Virus record (IMG/VR): IMGVR_UViG_3300003375_000001
Location: 64,001 to 128,000 of that record
DNA length: 64,000 nt
Origin: a virus
Taxonomy: Duplodnaviria > Caudoviricetes
Direction: 5' to 3' (one strand)
A program made the translations under genes and the position numbers. Under the pieces are notes generated by a model. That model saw nothing but the letters and a program-made list of their open reading frames with translations. It made no database searches and was not told the DNA's origin. Of the stretch, positions 38,027-47,076 are shown piece after piece (position 1 is the first letter of the stretch; the number at the start of each line of letters is the position of its first letter).

Positions 38027-39877
38027 ATGCCAGTAGGAAACATAGGTTTCGGTAGTAGGTCTTCTGGTACTACTATAACAGCCGCAGACACAACCATAGT
38101 GGTAGGCGGCACTACATCTGCACCTACCCTTAAAGTAGGGCAGTCTGCACTTAGCGTAAACGTTAGGGTGTTCCGTCCACAAGACTACGGTACCCTAACG
38201 TACGATGGCTCCGTCTCTTGTGACGCAGCGTTTACTGCTATGATAGCCGCCGTGAACACGTTCGCTAACAGGTGTAAGATAGAAATACCCCCAGGTGTCT
38301 TTCTTATGTCTGCGGGTATCTTCACGCTAACTTCGACAGCACCGATAGAAATCGTCGGTAGTGGAAGATTCAATACTGTTCTTTATCAGCCTGCGAGCAC
38401 CACAGCCGACTATATAAAACTCGCTTCAGGGTCTGACGGCATTGGCCTTAGTGGATTTGCCATATATCAGAGCGGGACGCCTAATACTGCAGGTTCAGGT
38501 ATCAATACTAATGGAGCCTCTGACGTTCGTATATGTGACATGTTCTTTGTTGGTCAGTTCTATGACATCAACATAAATGCCAACAGTTACAAGGTTAGCA
38601 TAACAAAGACAGTCCATAGTCAAACAAACGGTAGCACTACTAGCGTAGGTATCTACGTAAACAACGGCGCTGTAGGTGACACTTACATTGGCCCCGACGT
38701 AGTTATGTCTAATACGGGTACCAACCGTAGGTATGCTTGCGTTCAGGTCGTGGCATCTGGTCACTACGAGGTTAACCAGAGTAACCTCACAGGATCTCAG
38801 TACGGCATTGTAATTTCTCCAGGCGCAGGTGTAATTGTCAGCTTCGGATTTCACAATGAAGTGTTGTGTGACTCTAATACCATAGCAGGCCTGTACCTCA
38901 ACGCGTCTACAGCTACCAGTACCATAAAGGCCATCAAGTCCACTACGTCTTGGTATTGCGGAACCGTATCAGGCGTAGGCACATCTGGTGTAGTTACATC
39001 CGGTGTTGCAGGCGGTATCATTGACGGCGTCAGCCATGTAAATGACCGGTTCTTGAATAATCAGCAGCACGGATACCTCCATCAGTTCGGCACTAACTTC
39101 CGTTGGGTAGGATGTGACGTTAGAGGGAATAGTGCGCAGACTGCTAACACGTATGACGGCATAAACGTTGCAGCAGGTGTTAGTAACTTCTCTGTGATTG
39201 GCGGTAAGATTGGTGGTACGGATACCGCGGCTACTGGAGGTAATCAACGTTATGGAATAAACATAGCCTCTGGTGGATCGACTCAGGTTCTTGTAGAAGG
39301 TGTGGACCTTACGGGCAACAACACTGGCGCGTACACCGGACCAAACTTGGGCAATATAGTACTGGCCAACAATTTGGGTATGGTTACGCAAAGGCCAACA
39401 AACGTAAACGGTACGACAATCCCCCTCACCACAATAACCAACGTAGACAACAACAGCGGGATTACGTTGCCTTTGGGTATGCGGATAGGTACTCACATAC
39501 GTTGGTATATAACCGCTACCAACTCAGCCACGGTACAAACGCTAACGGCTACTGTACGGTATGGTACAGGTAACTATAACGGTGACGCAGCAATTTTCAC
39601 TATTGCTTTGCCCGCAGGTACCGCCGTGGTAGGTAGCGCACTGTTTGAGGTTGACTTTATTCTTTTGTCAACCACTACAGCCATGGTAACGTTCAAGGCA
39701 TTTAACGGAAACAACGCAGCGACAGGCATGTTTGGTGCTACTTCCGTATTTAGTGCTTTAAGTACACCCGCAACCATAGTAACTACCGCCCTATCTTATG
39801 TAGGTGTTTACTTTTCTTCCGCTACAGCTTCGGCTGTTACTATCCGTAGTGTAGTGGCTCAAATGATAAGTCAGTAG
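38027..39877 (+). CDS. pectate lyase-like beta-helix protein (putative depolymerase/tailspike)
   Basis: FRPQDYG..DG..SCDAAF.A...., IEIPPGVF, IEIVGSG, then parallel beta-helix GI.I / N.I repeats. Confidence 0.85.
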   Translation: MPVGNIGFGSRSSGTTITAADTTIVVGGTTSAPTLKVGQSALSVNVRVFRPQDYGTLTYDGSVSCDAAFTAMIAAVNTFANRCKIEIPPGVFLMSAGIFTLTSTAPIEIVGSGRFNTVLYQPASTTADYIKLASGSDGIGLSGFAIYQSGTPNTAGSGINTNGASDVRICDMFFVGQFYDININANSYKVSITKTVHSQTNGSTTSVGIYVNNGAVGDTYIGPDVVMSNTGTNRRYACVQVVASGHYEVNQSNLTGSQYGIVISPGAGVIVSFGFHNEVLCDSNTIAGLYLNASTATSTIKAIKSTTSWYCGTVSGVGTSGVVTSGVAGGIIDGVSHVNDRFLNNQQHGYLHQFGTNFRWVGCDVRGNSAQTANTYDGINVAAGVSNFSVIGGKIGGTDTAATGGNQRYGINIASGGSTQVLVEGVDLTGNNTGAYTGPNLGNIVLANNLGMVTQRPTNVNGTTIPLTTITNVDNNSGITLPLGMRIGTHIRWYITATNSATVQTLTATVRYGTGNYNGDAAIFTIALPAGTAVVGSALFEVDFILLSTTTAMVTFKAFNGNNAATGMFGATSVFSALSTPATIVTTALSYVGVYFSSATASAVTIRSVVAQMISQ

Positions 39878-39930
39878 TGTACGGAATTCTGTTAACTAAG
39901 CTTTGAGTTCTCTTCTATGAAAGGTAACTC

Positions 39931-40443
39931 ATGTCCTTCAACCTTTGTACCTGGCTGGGTAGTATAGTGAAGCCCAAAAAACCTCACCATAAACATCATC
40001 ACGATGAGGACGATAGTGATGATGTTACTCCCGTAGCCAATCATATCGTCCTTCAACTCTCTTGTCCTTTTTTCACTGTCTCTGGAGAATTTCTCATGGC
40101 TCAAATCATCACCGCCGATGGCAAGACAACCGCATCCGTAGTTGGCTACTATGTCGATCCCACAACTCAACAACAAGTGACAACGCCTTCGTTGCCTTCC
40201 GCCCCTGTCTGGACTGTCACGAACGGCTTCACTCTGAAGGCTTCTGCCGACGGCCTGTCCGTCTCTATCGTCCCTACTGACGCTACTCTGGTGGCTCAAG
40301 GTACTGTCACAGTTACGTCGGGTGCTCTGACTGCTTCTGCCGATGTGTCGTACACACCTGCATCGGCTCCAGCTCCAGCTCCCGCCCCAGCCCCAGCTCC
40401 AGTAGCTACATCGCTGGGCATCGTGTTCAGCCAAGCCGTTTAA
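39931..40443 (+). CDS. Ig-like virion surface protein; second in-frame start at 40096
   Basis: W.V.......SADGLSV....G.VTVT Ig-like domain, PAPAPA linker; GGAG RBS before 40096; strong terminator after. Confidence 0.7.
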   Translation: MSFNLCTWLGSIVKPKKPHHKHHHDEDDSDDVTPVANHIVLQLSCPFFTVSGEFLMAQIITADGKTTASVVGYYVDPTTQQQVTTPSLPSAPVWTVTNGFTLKASADGLSVSIVPTDATLVAQGTVTVTSGALTASADVSYTPASAPAPAPAPAPAPVATSLGIVFSQAV

Positions 40444-40473
40444 TAGCTAACGCGTTAGCTTGTACTGACGCAT

Positions 40474-40511
40474 AAGGGTGTGTCTCGAAAGGGTCACACC
40501 CTTTCTTTTTT
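40474..40511 (+). terminator. intrinsic terminator ending the structural cluster
   Basis: AAGGGTGTG...GAAA...CACACCCTT stem followed by TCTTTTTT. Confidence 0.85.
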
Positions 40512-40534
40512 ATCCAATCACAAAAGAATAAGCC

Positions 40535-40771
40535 ATGAGTGAAAACTCCATCGATAAAGCCTGTGAAGTTGAAGCAATGCTTACCGAGGCTGCCATAAAT
40601 GAGCAAAAGCTTAGAGCTGCCAGGGAGACAGCCCGGTTAAAGTATACAGGGAAGTGTTTCTACTGCGAAACGCCGCTAGGCGGAGCTCTCCGTTTTTGTG
40701 ACGCAGACTGTAGAGATTCCTATGATCGTGAGACCACATTGAAACAACGCAGAGGAGGTAGCGTCCCATGA
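40535..40771 (+). CDS. TraR/DksA-like C4 Zn-finger protein
   Basis: SIDKA.E.E..L..AAI helix followed by CFYC......RFCDADC. Confidence 0.75.
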   Translation: MSENSIDKACEVEAMLTEAAINEQKLRAARETARLKYTGKCFYCETPLGGALRFCDADCRDSYDRETTLKQRRGGSVP

Positions 40772-41040
40772 TGTCAATACGAATGACAACCTCCGACTTC
40801 TTTAATTCGAGATTGACAGACTATCAAGCTTTCTCGAAGTCCATCCATGTAAGCATAGCAAACTTTTGTGCTCAACAAAGTCATATAGGAACCGATACTA
40901 TAAAAGACTTTGTTGATTGGTACTGTTTGAATACACTTAATTTCTTTACCGACGTGGAAGCTTACTGGAGTACGCTGGAAGAAGACGTACTCCATGTAAA
41001 CATATCACTTAAAGGTGAGAACCCAGACTTACTAAACTAA
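40768..41040 (+). CDS. hypothetical protein
   Basis: ATGA-coupled 90 aa. Confidence 0.6.
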   Translation: MMSIRMTTSDFFNSRLTDYQAFSKSIHVSIANFCAQQSHIGTDTIKDFVDWYCLNTLNFFTDVEAYWSTLEEDVLHVNISLKGENPDLLN

Positions 41041-41047
41041 GGACTGC

Positions 41048-42004
41048 ATGGCTTCATTTAAAGCCCCCGTACCTGTTCAAGCTAAACTGCACGCCAGACT
41101 CGAACAGGTATTTAAGACTGTGTTAGACGAAGGCTACGTTCAAAACAACGTAGATCCTACACGCCTTAATAAGCTCCGCATATCCTCCTTTCCGTTCTGC
41201 CCACGTCGCTGGTTCTTTGCTCTTCCATCGTCCACTGCTAGAACACGCCGTGACCCCACCATGACCCTGTTCTTTACTAGTATAGGCACAACCGTGCATA
41301 CTGTAATGCAAACAGCCATCGAGTCCCTAGACGAAGAATTCAAGGCACTTAAGTGCTGGATAGTAAGGGACTGGAAGTGTAGGAATCCTGAATGTGGCTG
41401 CGTTCACGTCTACGTGCCCAGACCTTCGGTGTGCAAGAACTGTGGCGAGTCTAACCTCGAAGGTATAGAACACACGGTGGTACACGGAAACCACATCGTA
41501 GGTCACATAGATGAGACCTTAGCTTTTCTCATGGATAAGCTTCAAGTTCAGATAACTTGCGACTACAAAACTACTTCAGGGCTTAAGATTGATAAAGGTG
41601 AGTTACCTCTGTCGGACAACGTTGCTCAGATAGAAGCCTACGCAGCCATCAAGAAGTCTCAGGGTCATCCTGTTATAGGCTGGTGCCTTATCTATATATG
41701 TCGAGACAACCCTAGCAATAGAAAGCTGGTACTCCACTTGTTTGAGGACGGTGAGGTAGAAGCCATCCTAAAGAAGCTAAGTAAGTACGAGATACGTTAT
41801 GTTAAGGCTCAACAAGCTAGGAAAGCTCTTGACGCTGAGGCAGCCTCTAAGCTCAGTCCTCTGTGCTCAAATGATTGCTTTGACAAGGACTGCAACTTCG
41901 TTGGCGTGTGCGAAGGCGGACAAGAAGCTGTCTTCAAAAAGTGCAATGAAGTTGTAGTTACCTTGCAGCGTCGAAAGGAGAAGGCCCGTGGCAAAAAAAT
42001 ATAA
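41048..42004 (+). CDS. Cas4-like PD-(D/E)XK exonuclease
   Basis: ISSFPFCPRRW, GT.VH, GHIDE, DYKTT, QIEAYA, C-terminal Cys cluster; internal Zn ribbon. Confidence 0.85.
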   Translation: MASFKAPVPVQAKLHARLEQVFKTVLDEGYVQNNVDPTRLNKLRISSFPFCPRRWFFALPSSTARTRRDPTMTLFFTSIGTTVHTVMQTAIESLDEEFKALKCWIVRDWKCRNPECGCVHVYVPRPSVCKNCGESNLEGIEHTVVHGNHIVGHIDETLAFLMDKLQVQITCDYKTTSGLKIDKGELPLSDNVAQIEAYAAIKKSQGHPVIGWCLIYICRDNPSNRKLVLHLFEDGEVEAILKKLSKYEIRYVKAQQARKALDAEAASKLSPLCSNDCFDKDCNFVGVCEGGQEAVFKKCNEVVVTLQRRKEKARGKKI

Positions 42005-42899
42005 GAACACCTTGATAGTAGTTGACGGCAACTGGCTTATAAACAGAGCACATTCCGTTTACGCTACTCACCGTAACCCCGCGGAGTCCACGGCCAAGCA
42101 GGTCATAGCCTGGATGTTTGAGTACGCGCTGGTACATCAAGCCTCTCACATGCTTCTTGCTATAGACGGAGACAACGTTTTTCGCAAAATCATATTTCCA
42201 GGGTACAAGTTATCGCGTCAAAAGAAGCGAGAGGCCGAGGCCAGAGACAGCGGTAACTTCGTTGAAGGCGTATCAAATAGCAACCCCGTTTATGAATGCC
42301 TGTCCTCGCTTTTCGAAAGAGCTGACAAATTGAAGGTACCTTATATTCAAGAGGATGCCTTTGAAGCTGACGACATTCTAGTAGGCTGTGCCAATAAGTT
42401 CTCTGGCCCTGACTGTAAGGTCGTCCTCATATGCAATGATAAGGACGACATCCAAGGGCTAATAAACGAGCACGTGGTCTTATGGACGCCGGCCATGATG
42501 AAGAAAGAACCTGTGTACGTTACCTGTTCCAGCATAGAGGCCCTAGGACATAAGTTCAAAGACTCCCAGCAGTTCCTTCACTATCAGATTCTGATAGGTG
42601 ACCCGATGGACGATGTACCTCAGCTAATGACTCCGGCCAAAGCCTACAAGGTTGTGTCCACTTACGGCAGCTTAGGGGGATGGTTCAAAACGCCAGAAGG
42701 AAGAGAATGGTTTATGAAACACTCAGGTCCTGTTAAGCTTAACCGCGAGTTGATAACAATGGTTAATCAGTCTGTGGACAAACTAACCTTGTCTAAGCTA
42801 AAGCCTGAACAGGTAGCGGGTTATGAGGACATCAAGCCAAAGAACTACTACAACTACTTTGGCCTAGCCAAAACAGCACGTAGGTCTTTGTTCGGATAG
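41988..42899 (+). CDS. 5'-3' exonuclease / RNase H (T4 Rnh, Pol I 5' nuclease family)
   Basis: VVDGNWL, DG...FRK.I.P.YK..R, EADDI, DKD, GDPMDDVP. Confidence 0.9.
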   Translation: MAKKYKNTLIVVDGNWLINRAHSVYATHRNPAESTAKQVIAWMFEYALVHQASHMLLAIDGDNVFRKIIFPGYKLSRQKKREAEARDSGNFVEGVSNSNPVYECLSSLFERADKLKVPYIQEDAFEADDILVGCANKFSGPDCKVVLICNDKDDIQGLINEHVVLWTPAMMKKEPVYVTCSSIEALGHKFKDSQQFLHYQILIGDPMDDVPQLMTPAKAYKVVSTYGSLGGWFKTPEGREWFMKHSGPVKLNRELITMVNQSVDKLTLSKLKPEQVAGYEDIKPKNYYNYFGLAKTARRSLFG

Positions 42900-42989
42900 T
42901 CCAGTAAATAGTAGTCCTAGGGAGGCTCTAGGGACATCTAAAAGGCGTCAAAAACGGCGATCTGAGAAAATGTACTGAAACAGTGAAAA

Positions 42990-43028
42990 TGCTTAAAAAT
43001 GTAGCAAAAAGTGCTTAAAAATGTAGCA
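42990..43028 (+). repeat. 17-bp direct repeat TGCTTAAAAATGTAGCA x2
   Basis: exact copies at 42990-43006 and 43012-43028 (22-bp period) in an AT-rich intergenic region. Confidence 0.9.
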
Positions 43029-43082
43029 TTTTACGAAAAATCGGCGAAAAAGTGAAGAAAATCAACTATTTAGCAGGTTTTC

Positions 43083-43091
43083 TGTTAAAAT
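43083..43091 (+). promoter_or_regulatory. extended -10 promoter with A-tract-rich upstream region
   Basis: TG-T-TAAAAT; phased A-tracts upstream; heads the accessory gene run. Confidence 0.55.
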
Positions 43092-43166
43092 GAATACGAA
43101 AACGAGTAATTGCGCACTCACAACAAACGCGCGAATCACATACGCATACGAGGATGCGAATCAATC

Positions 43167-43502
43167 ATGAAAACACCAGAGTCTATAGATGCCGCTTTGT
43201 CTAAAGTACAAGCTGGCCTTTCCAACATCACAACTATCGCCTACAACCTGCGCTGCTACATCGAAACATTGGAGCTGGAGCTTGACCTCCTTCGTCAGTT
43301 TCGTATCAAGTACATCGTGGTAGGCTATAAAGGTGACAACGAGTCCCCAGCCTATATCAGCGAGGAACACGACACCTTCGATCAAGCACTAGCCGATGCT
43401 CACGCTAGTGGTCTTATCACTCGAATTGAAGTCCGACGCGAGATTACCAAGGACGAACGTACGAAAGGCTGGTTGCTAAAGGCTAAGCCAGAAGGTAACT
43501 AA
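43167..43502 (+). CDS. hypothetical protein
   Basis: ATG 43167 with GAGG RBS; N-terminal coiled coil. Confidence 0.65.
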   Translation: MKTPESIDAALSKVQAGLSNITTIAYNLRCYIETLELELDLLRQFRIKYIVVGYKGDNESPAYISEEHDTFDQALADAHASGLITRIEVRREITKDERTKGWLLKAKPEGN

Positions 43503-43503
43503 A

Positions 43504-43686
43504 ATGAGCCAGCTCTATCACATCTTCGCCGAGAATGTGATCACGAAAGAGCGTGTTCAGTTGACAACGCATGCTATGTCCAAGGCGCAGTCGGACTACA
43601 TGGCAGGCTTGTTCTCAACTCACTCGGCGCGCATTATTCGTGTTCTTCCTCTTCCAACTGTTATCCACTTCGAGGAATCCAAATGA
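43504..43686 (+). CDS. hypothetical protein
   Basis: 60 aa, AAGG RBS. Confidence 0.55.
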   Translation: MSQLYHIFAENVITKERVQLTTHAMSKAQSDYMAGLFSTHSARIIRVLPLPTVIHFEESK

Positions 43687-44063
43687 GCTTCGCCATGACT
43701 CGCATCCCTGTGTACCGTCGTCGGCCTGACGCCCGCGGGCGCTACCTTCCAAAGGAGCCTTACTTTTACGGAGGCCACAATCAAAGAACAGCGCGACAGG
43801 CTGCTGGCTCTTTCATGAAAGAGCATAAGTTGGAAGTTAAAGCCATGAAGGCTGATCCACGTGCGCGTAAGCATGACTGGTACAGCCTTCTCGACAAACT
43901 CAGGATGGATCGTAATATCTCCGAGCGTCGTTTGAAGAAAGCGTGGAAGCGTTTCGAGGCAAAGCAGGAACCGCGTGGCCGTGTTGAAAGGGCTTACGAA
44001 AGCGCCATATGTTATGAACTGTTTTGCAAAGCGGACGACCGACTGTATCGCAGTATGCTGTGA
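43683..44063 (+). CDS. basic hypothetical protein
   Basis: ATGA-coupled, GAGGA RBS. Confidence 0.65.
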   Translation: MSFAMTRIPVYRRRPDARGRYLPKEPYFYGGHNQRTARQAAGSFMKEHKLEVKAMKADPRARKHDWYSLLDKLRMDRNISERRLKKAWKRFEAKQEPRGRVERAYESAICYELFCKADDRLYRSML

Positions 44064-44077
44064 AAGAGGAACAAAAG

Positions 44078-44308
44078 ATGAGTGCTGAAGCTATGGCCAA
44101 GTCTCTTTTCAACATAACCAGGGCCATCATTCATGGGCTCTGGGTTTATTTCTCTGTGATACTCGTTGCTGCCATAGCAATGAACGGATATCACGTCTGG
44201 GAAGAACGTCATGTCATTAACCTACCGTGCGTCGGTGGCGTTGTGATGTTTAGCGCAAACATAGTGACTCACGTAAAACGTGCGTGGACAACATGGTTGA
44301 GCTTCTAA
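44078..44308 (+). CDS. small two-helix membrane protein
   Basis: ATG 44078 after GAGGA; two hydrophobic stretches. Confidence 0.55.
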   Translation: MSAEAMAKSLFNITRAIIHGLWVYFSVILVAAIAMNGYHVWEERHVINLPCVGGVVMFSANIVTHVKRAWTTWLSF

Positions 44309-44363
44309 TTTTCTATCAGCCGTAACGACTGTATTCGTTGCATCATTAAACTCGGATCCTAAC

Positions 44364-45026
44364 ATGCCCAAACCAAAGTCCTTCAAGTCCATCATCAATT
44401 CTTTTGTGACGCCTGTAGATAAAAGAATATACCCCGTTTTTAGTCACGACGACGAAGACGACAGGCTAAAGGTATCCATCATAAATCCGTCTTTTGGGAA
44501 AGACGTGAAAAAACTGGAAGACACGTTATTAGAGGAAGGCTACACCAACCCTGAGATACAGGTAAAGTGTATTAAAGGAGACTGGACTTTTACCGCCGAG
44601 GCCACCGCCCCACAAAAGAAGGGAGAACTTACCGTATACCTGTCACCCTTGGAAGACTACTTGCGTAAGAACGAAGCTTCCGTTGTTCAGTTTCAAGCTA
44701 CAGAGGAACGGCTCAATGCCAAGGCCATCCCCGAGTTGGGAAAATTGGCGTCCGTGTTGGTTACCAAGTTTGATAAGAAAGGCAAAGGAAGCACTAGAGT
44801 GCTCTTACCTTGTTACATGGTAAGAGGTCAGTACTATGGGACTCGAGGTATATCGAATACTTGGACGATAAGGCCCGTCCTTCAAATACCAGATGACCAA
44901 GGTGTTCGTATTGAACTAGGCCCAGAAATCGAAGCTAACTACTGCTGGTTCGGTACCTACGTGGGTGACCTACGCTTGAGCCTTAGCGTAGTCTACAGTA
45001 AAGACTCCGAGTCTCAAAAAGCTTAA
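44364..45026 (+). CDS. hypothetical protein
   Basis: 220 aa ORF. Confidence 0.7.
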   Translation: MPKPKSFKSIINSFVTPVDKRIYPVFSHDDEDDRLKVSIINPSFGKDVKKLEDTLLEEGYTNPEIQVKCIKGDWTFTAEATAPQKKGELTVYLSPLEDYLRKNEASVVQFQATEERLNAKAIPELGKLASVLVTKFDKKGKGSTRVLLPCYMVRGQYYGTRGISNTWTIRPVLQIPDDQGVRIELGPEIEANYCWFGTYVGDLRLSLSVVYSKDSESQKA

Positions 45027-45055
45027 ACTACACAAGTTTCTTGAAAGGAAACATA

Positions 45056-45418
45056 ATGGCACGCAAACACGGGTTTGTCCCCTCACCAATGATCCGTACA
45101 AAGTCTCTCAAGACTCTTGCGCGGGAATATCAAGACCTGTCTGAGCAGATCGCAGCCTTGCAGCGAAAACAGAATCTTGTGCGAGGTCAGCTGCAAGCGC
45201 AGGTAGGTATTGACTACTCTACTGTAGTTAAGCTGGAGCCGGGTGCTTTCGCAAAGATCAACGTCATCAAGTCTACGCGTGAAGACTATGACGGGGCCAA
45301 GCTGCTTGAATACGTTACGCCGTCTGTGTTGGCCAAGTGCCGTAAGCGCGTTCCCTACGTTCGGGTCACGGTGGCGCCTTGCACAGAAGACGTATACAAC
45401 TCCTACTTCGAGGTTTGA
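45056..45418 (+). CDS. hypothetical protein (coiled coil plus beta domain)
   Basis: ATG 45056 after AAAGGA. Confidence 0.7.
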   Translation: MARKHGFVPSPMIRTKSLKTLAREYQDLSEQIAALQRKQNLVRGQLQAQVGIDYSTVVKLEPGAFAKINVIKSTREDYDGAKLLEYVTPSVLAKCRKRVPYVRVTVAPCTEDVYNSYFEV

Positions 45419-45420
45419 CC

Positions 45421-45648
45421 ATGTCGTCTATTACCACTTACGTCTTGTCCAACGCGGACAAGAACAGATTCCTGAGTCAGAAGTCGTTTGTAGTGTCTAC
45501 CACGTTTGACATTACAGATGCCCTGTTCTTATACGAGGACAAGGCTAGGCTTCTCCTCTCACTGGGGTCTAAGAACATGAGTTCTAATGTTCATGTTCAG
45601 GCTTTCCTTGAAGAAGCAGTCGTTACCCCTGTCACTATTACCTGGTAA
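45421..45648 (+). CDS. hypothetical protein
   Basis: ATG 45421 after GAGG. Confidence 0.6.
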   Translation: MSSITTYVLSNADKNRFLSQKSFVVSTTFDITDALFLYEDKARLLLSLGSKNMSSNVHVQAFLEEAVVTPVTITW

Positions 45649-45670
45649 TCAACTTTCAAAGGAAATCGTC

Positions 45671-46531
45671 ATGAAAAACAAACCTCTTGTTAACCTCGTT
45701 CACTTCCGTCCTGGAGCTATCGTTGAATTCAGGACTGGCTATCAGTCCGACACCGACACCTCGAACTACGTAGGCGTTATATCTCACCTCGTCCGCAATG
45801 GTGGTCACAGCTACCTGGCGGTGTTTTCCCACTGGTGGATGTCGGACAAGCCTGAAGAAGTTTTCACCGTGGACACAGGCTGCTTGTCTGATATGCAGAA
45901 GGCTGTCAACGTGGTCTGGGCTGTCAAGCTGCTTCAGCCTGCTCACCAGAACGCGACCGTCATAGTCGGCCCCAGGTACAAATTTGCTGAAATGGAGGAA
46001 CACCGGAAGAAACTTGACCGAGTCATATCAAATGGATGGGTTAAAATAAAACGTAACCAGGTCATATTTGAAATGGGCGTAGGTCAGCATGACTACCTCG
46101 CAGTGTACCTGGACAAGGGCAAATACAGCGTAGGTGAATTTGAATCCTTGGACTTCGAGAACTTGCGTATCGCATTGTTTGACCAAGGCACTATAGTTAG
46201 GCACAGGAAGAACGGCGCGGGTGGTTTTGTAAACCAGGACTCCTGGGTCTTGAACAAGAAGAGGCTGAAGCGATTCCTCGCAAGCCAGTTGAACAAGTTC
46301 AAGATCAACGGGCGTGCCGTGCAGAAGGCTGACGACGAGTTCTATGCCAGAATGTATGAAGAGGACATGGACAGAGAATATCGTAAGGAATACGGGGACG
46401 CCAAAGACAATATTACAGCGTCTGAAGCAAGATCGTGTTATGCACCTGACGAAACCTATGACGACTTCTTCGTTAGTCCTGTGACTCTTGACGAGGACAA
46501 CAGGCCTTCTGCTTCTGACCATATTAGCTAA
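45671..46531 (+). CDS. hypothetical protein
   Basis: ATG 45671 after AAAGGA; acidic C-terminus. Confidence 0.7.
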   Translation: MKNKPLVNLVHFRPGAIVEFRTGYQSDTDTSNYVGVISHLVRNGGHSYLAVFSHWWMSDKPEEVFTVDTGCLSDMQKAVNVVWAVKLLQPAHQNATVIVGPRYKFAEMEEHRKKLDRVISNGWVKIKRNQVIFEMGVGQHDYLAVYLDKGKYSVGEFESLDFENLRIALFDQGTIVRHRKNGAGGFVNQDSWVLNKKRLKRFLASQLNKFKINGRAVQKADDEFYARMYEEDMDREYRKEYGDAKDNITASEARSCYAPDETYDDFFVSPVTLDEDNRPSASDHIS

Positions 46532-46583
46532 CCTCATAATCACTGACACTTTATCAACCAAACGAAAGTAAGAAGGAAACATC

Positions 46584-47066
46584 ATGGCTACAAAAGCAAA
46601 AGGCGAATGGTCTCACGAAGTTGTGGGCGAATGGAAACAGTCTGAGGCTGTTGTGTGGAAAGCTCAAGTCTCTAAGTCGCCCGAAGGCAAGACGTTGTTG
46701 GGTGTCCGTAAGTTCATCGTTCGAGCTGACGGCAACGAGATCGTCACGAAGGATGGCTTTAACTTGCCTCAAGACAACATACTGGAAAATGTTGAAGGCC
46801 TCACAGGGTTGTTAAACACGTTGACAGACACCAGTACGCCGAAGAAGGGTAAGAAGTCTTCGTCGAGCAAGTCTAACCAAAAGCTGGTTCTTTATAAGAA
46901 GGCCACAGACAGGTACCTGGTCAACGTCGTCGATGGCGTCATCAAGGTATCTGCTAAAAAGACCTCAGCTAAAGTCTTTGATGACTCTACCGAGGTCGAA
47001 GAATTCCTGTTTGAGGAAGGTGGTGACCTTCCCGCTCTCAAACACTTCAAGCCTATTAACGCCTAA
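46584..47066 (+). CDS. PC4/YdbC-like ssDNA-binding protein with extra C-terminal domain
   Basis: V.K...GK..L.VRKF......E...TKDGFNLP matches the PC4 fold pattern. Confidence 0.65.
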   Translation: MATKAKGEWSHEVVGEWKQSEAVVWKAQVSKSPEGKTLLGVRKFIVRADGNEIVTKDGFNLPQDNILENVEGLTGLLNTLTDTSTPKKGKKSSSSKSNQKLVLYKKATDRYLVNVVDGVIKVSAKKTSAKVFDDSTEVEEFLFEEGGDLPALKHFKPINA

Positions 47067-47076
47067 GGAGGCAAGT

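Noticed and set aside
41048-42004. CRISPR-Cas locus around the Cas4-like gene
   Set aside because: No repeat-spacer array or other cas genes in the window; the 42990-43028 repeat has only two copies with a 5-bp spacer.
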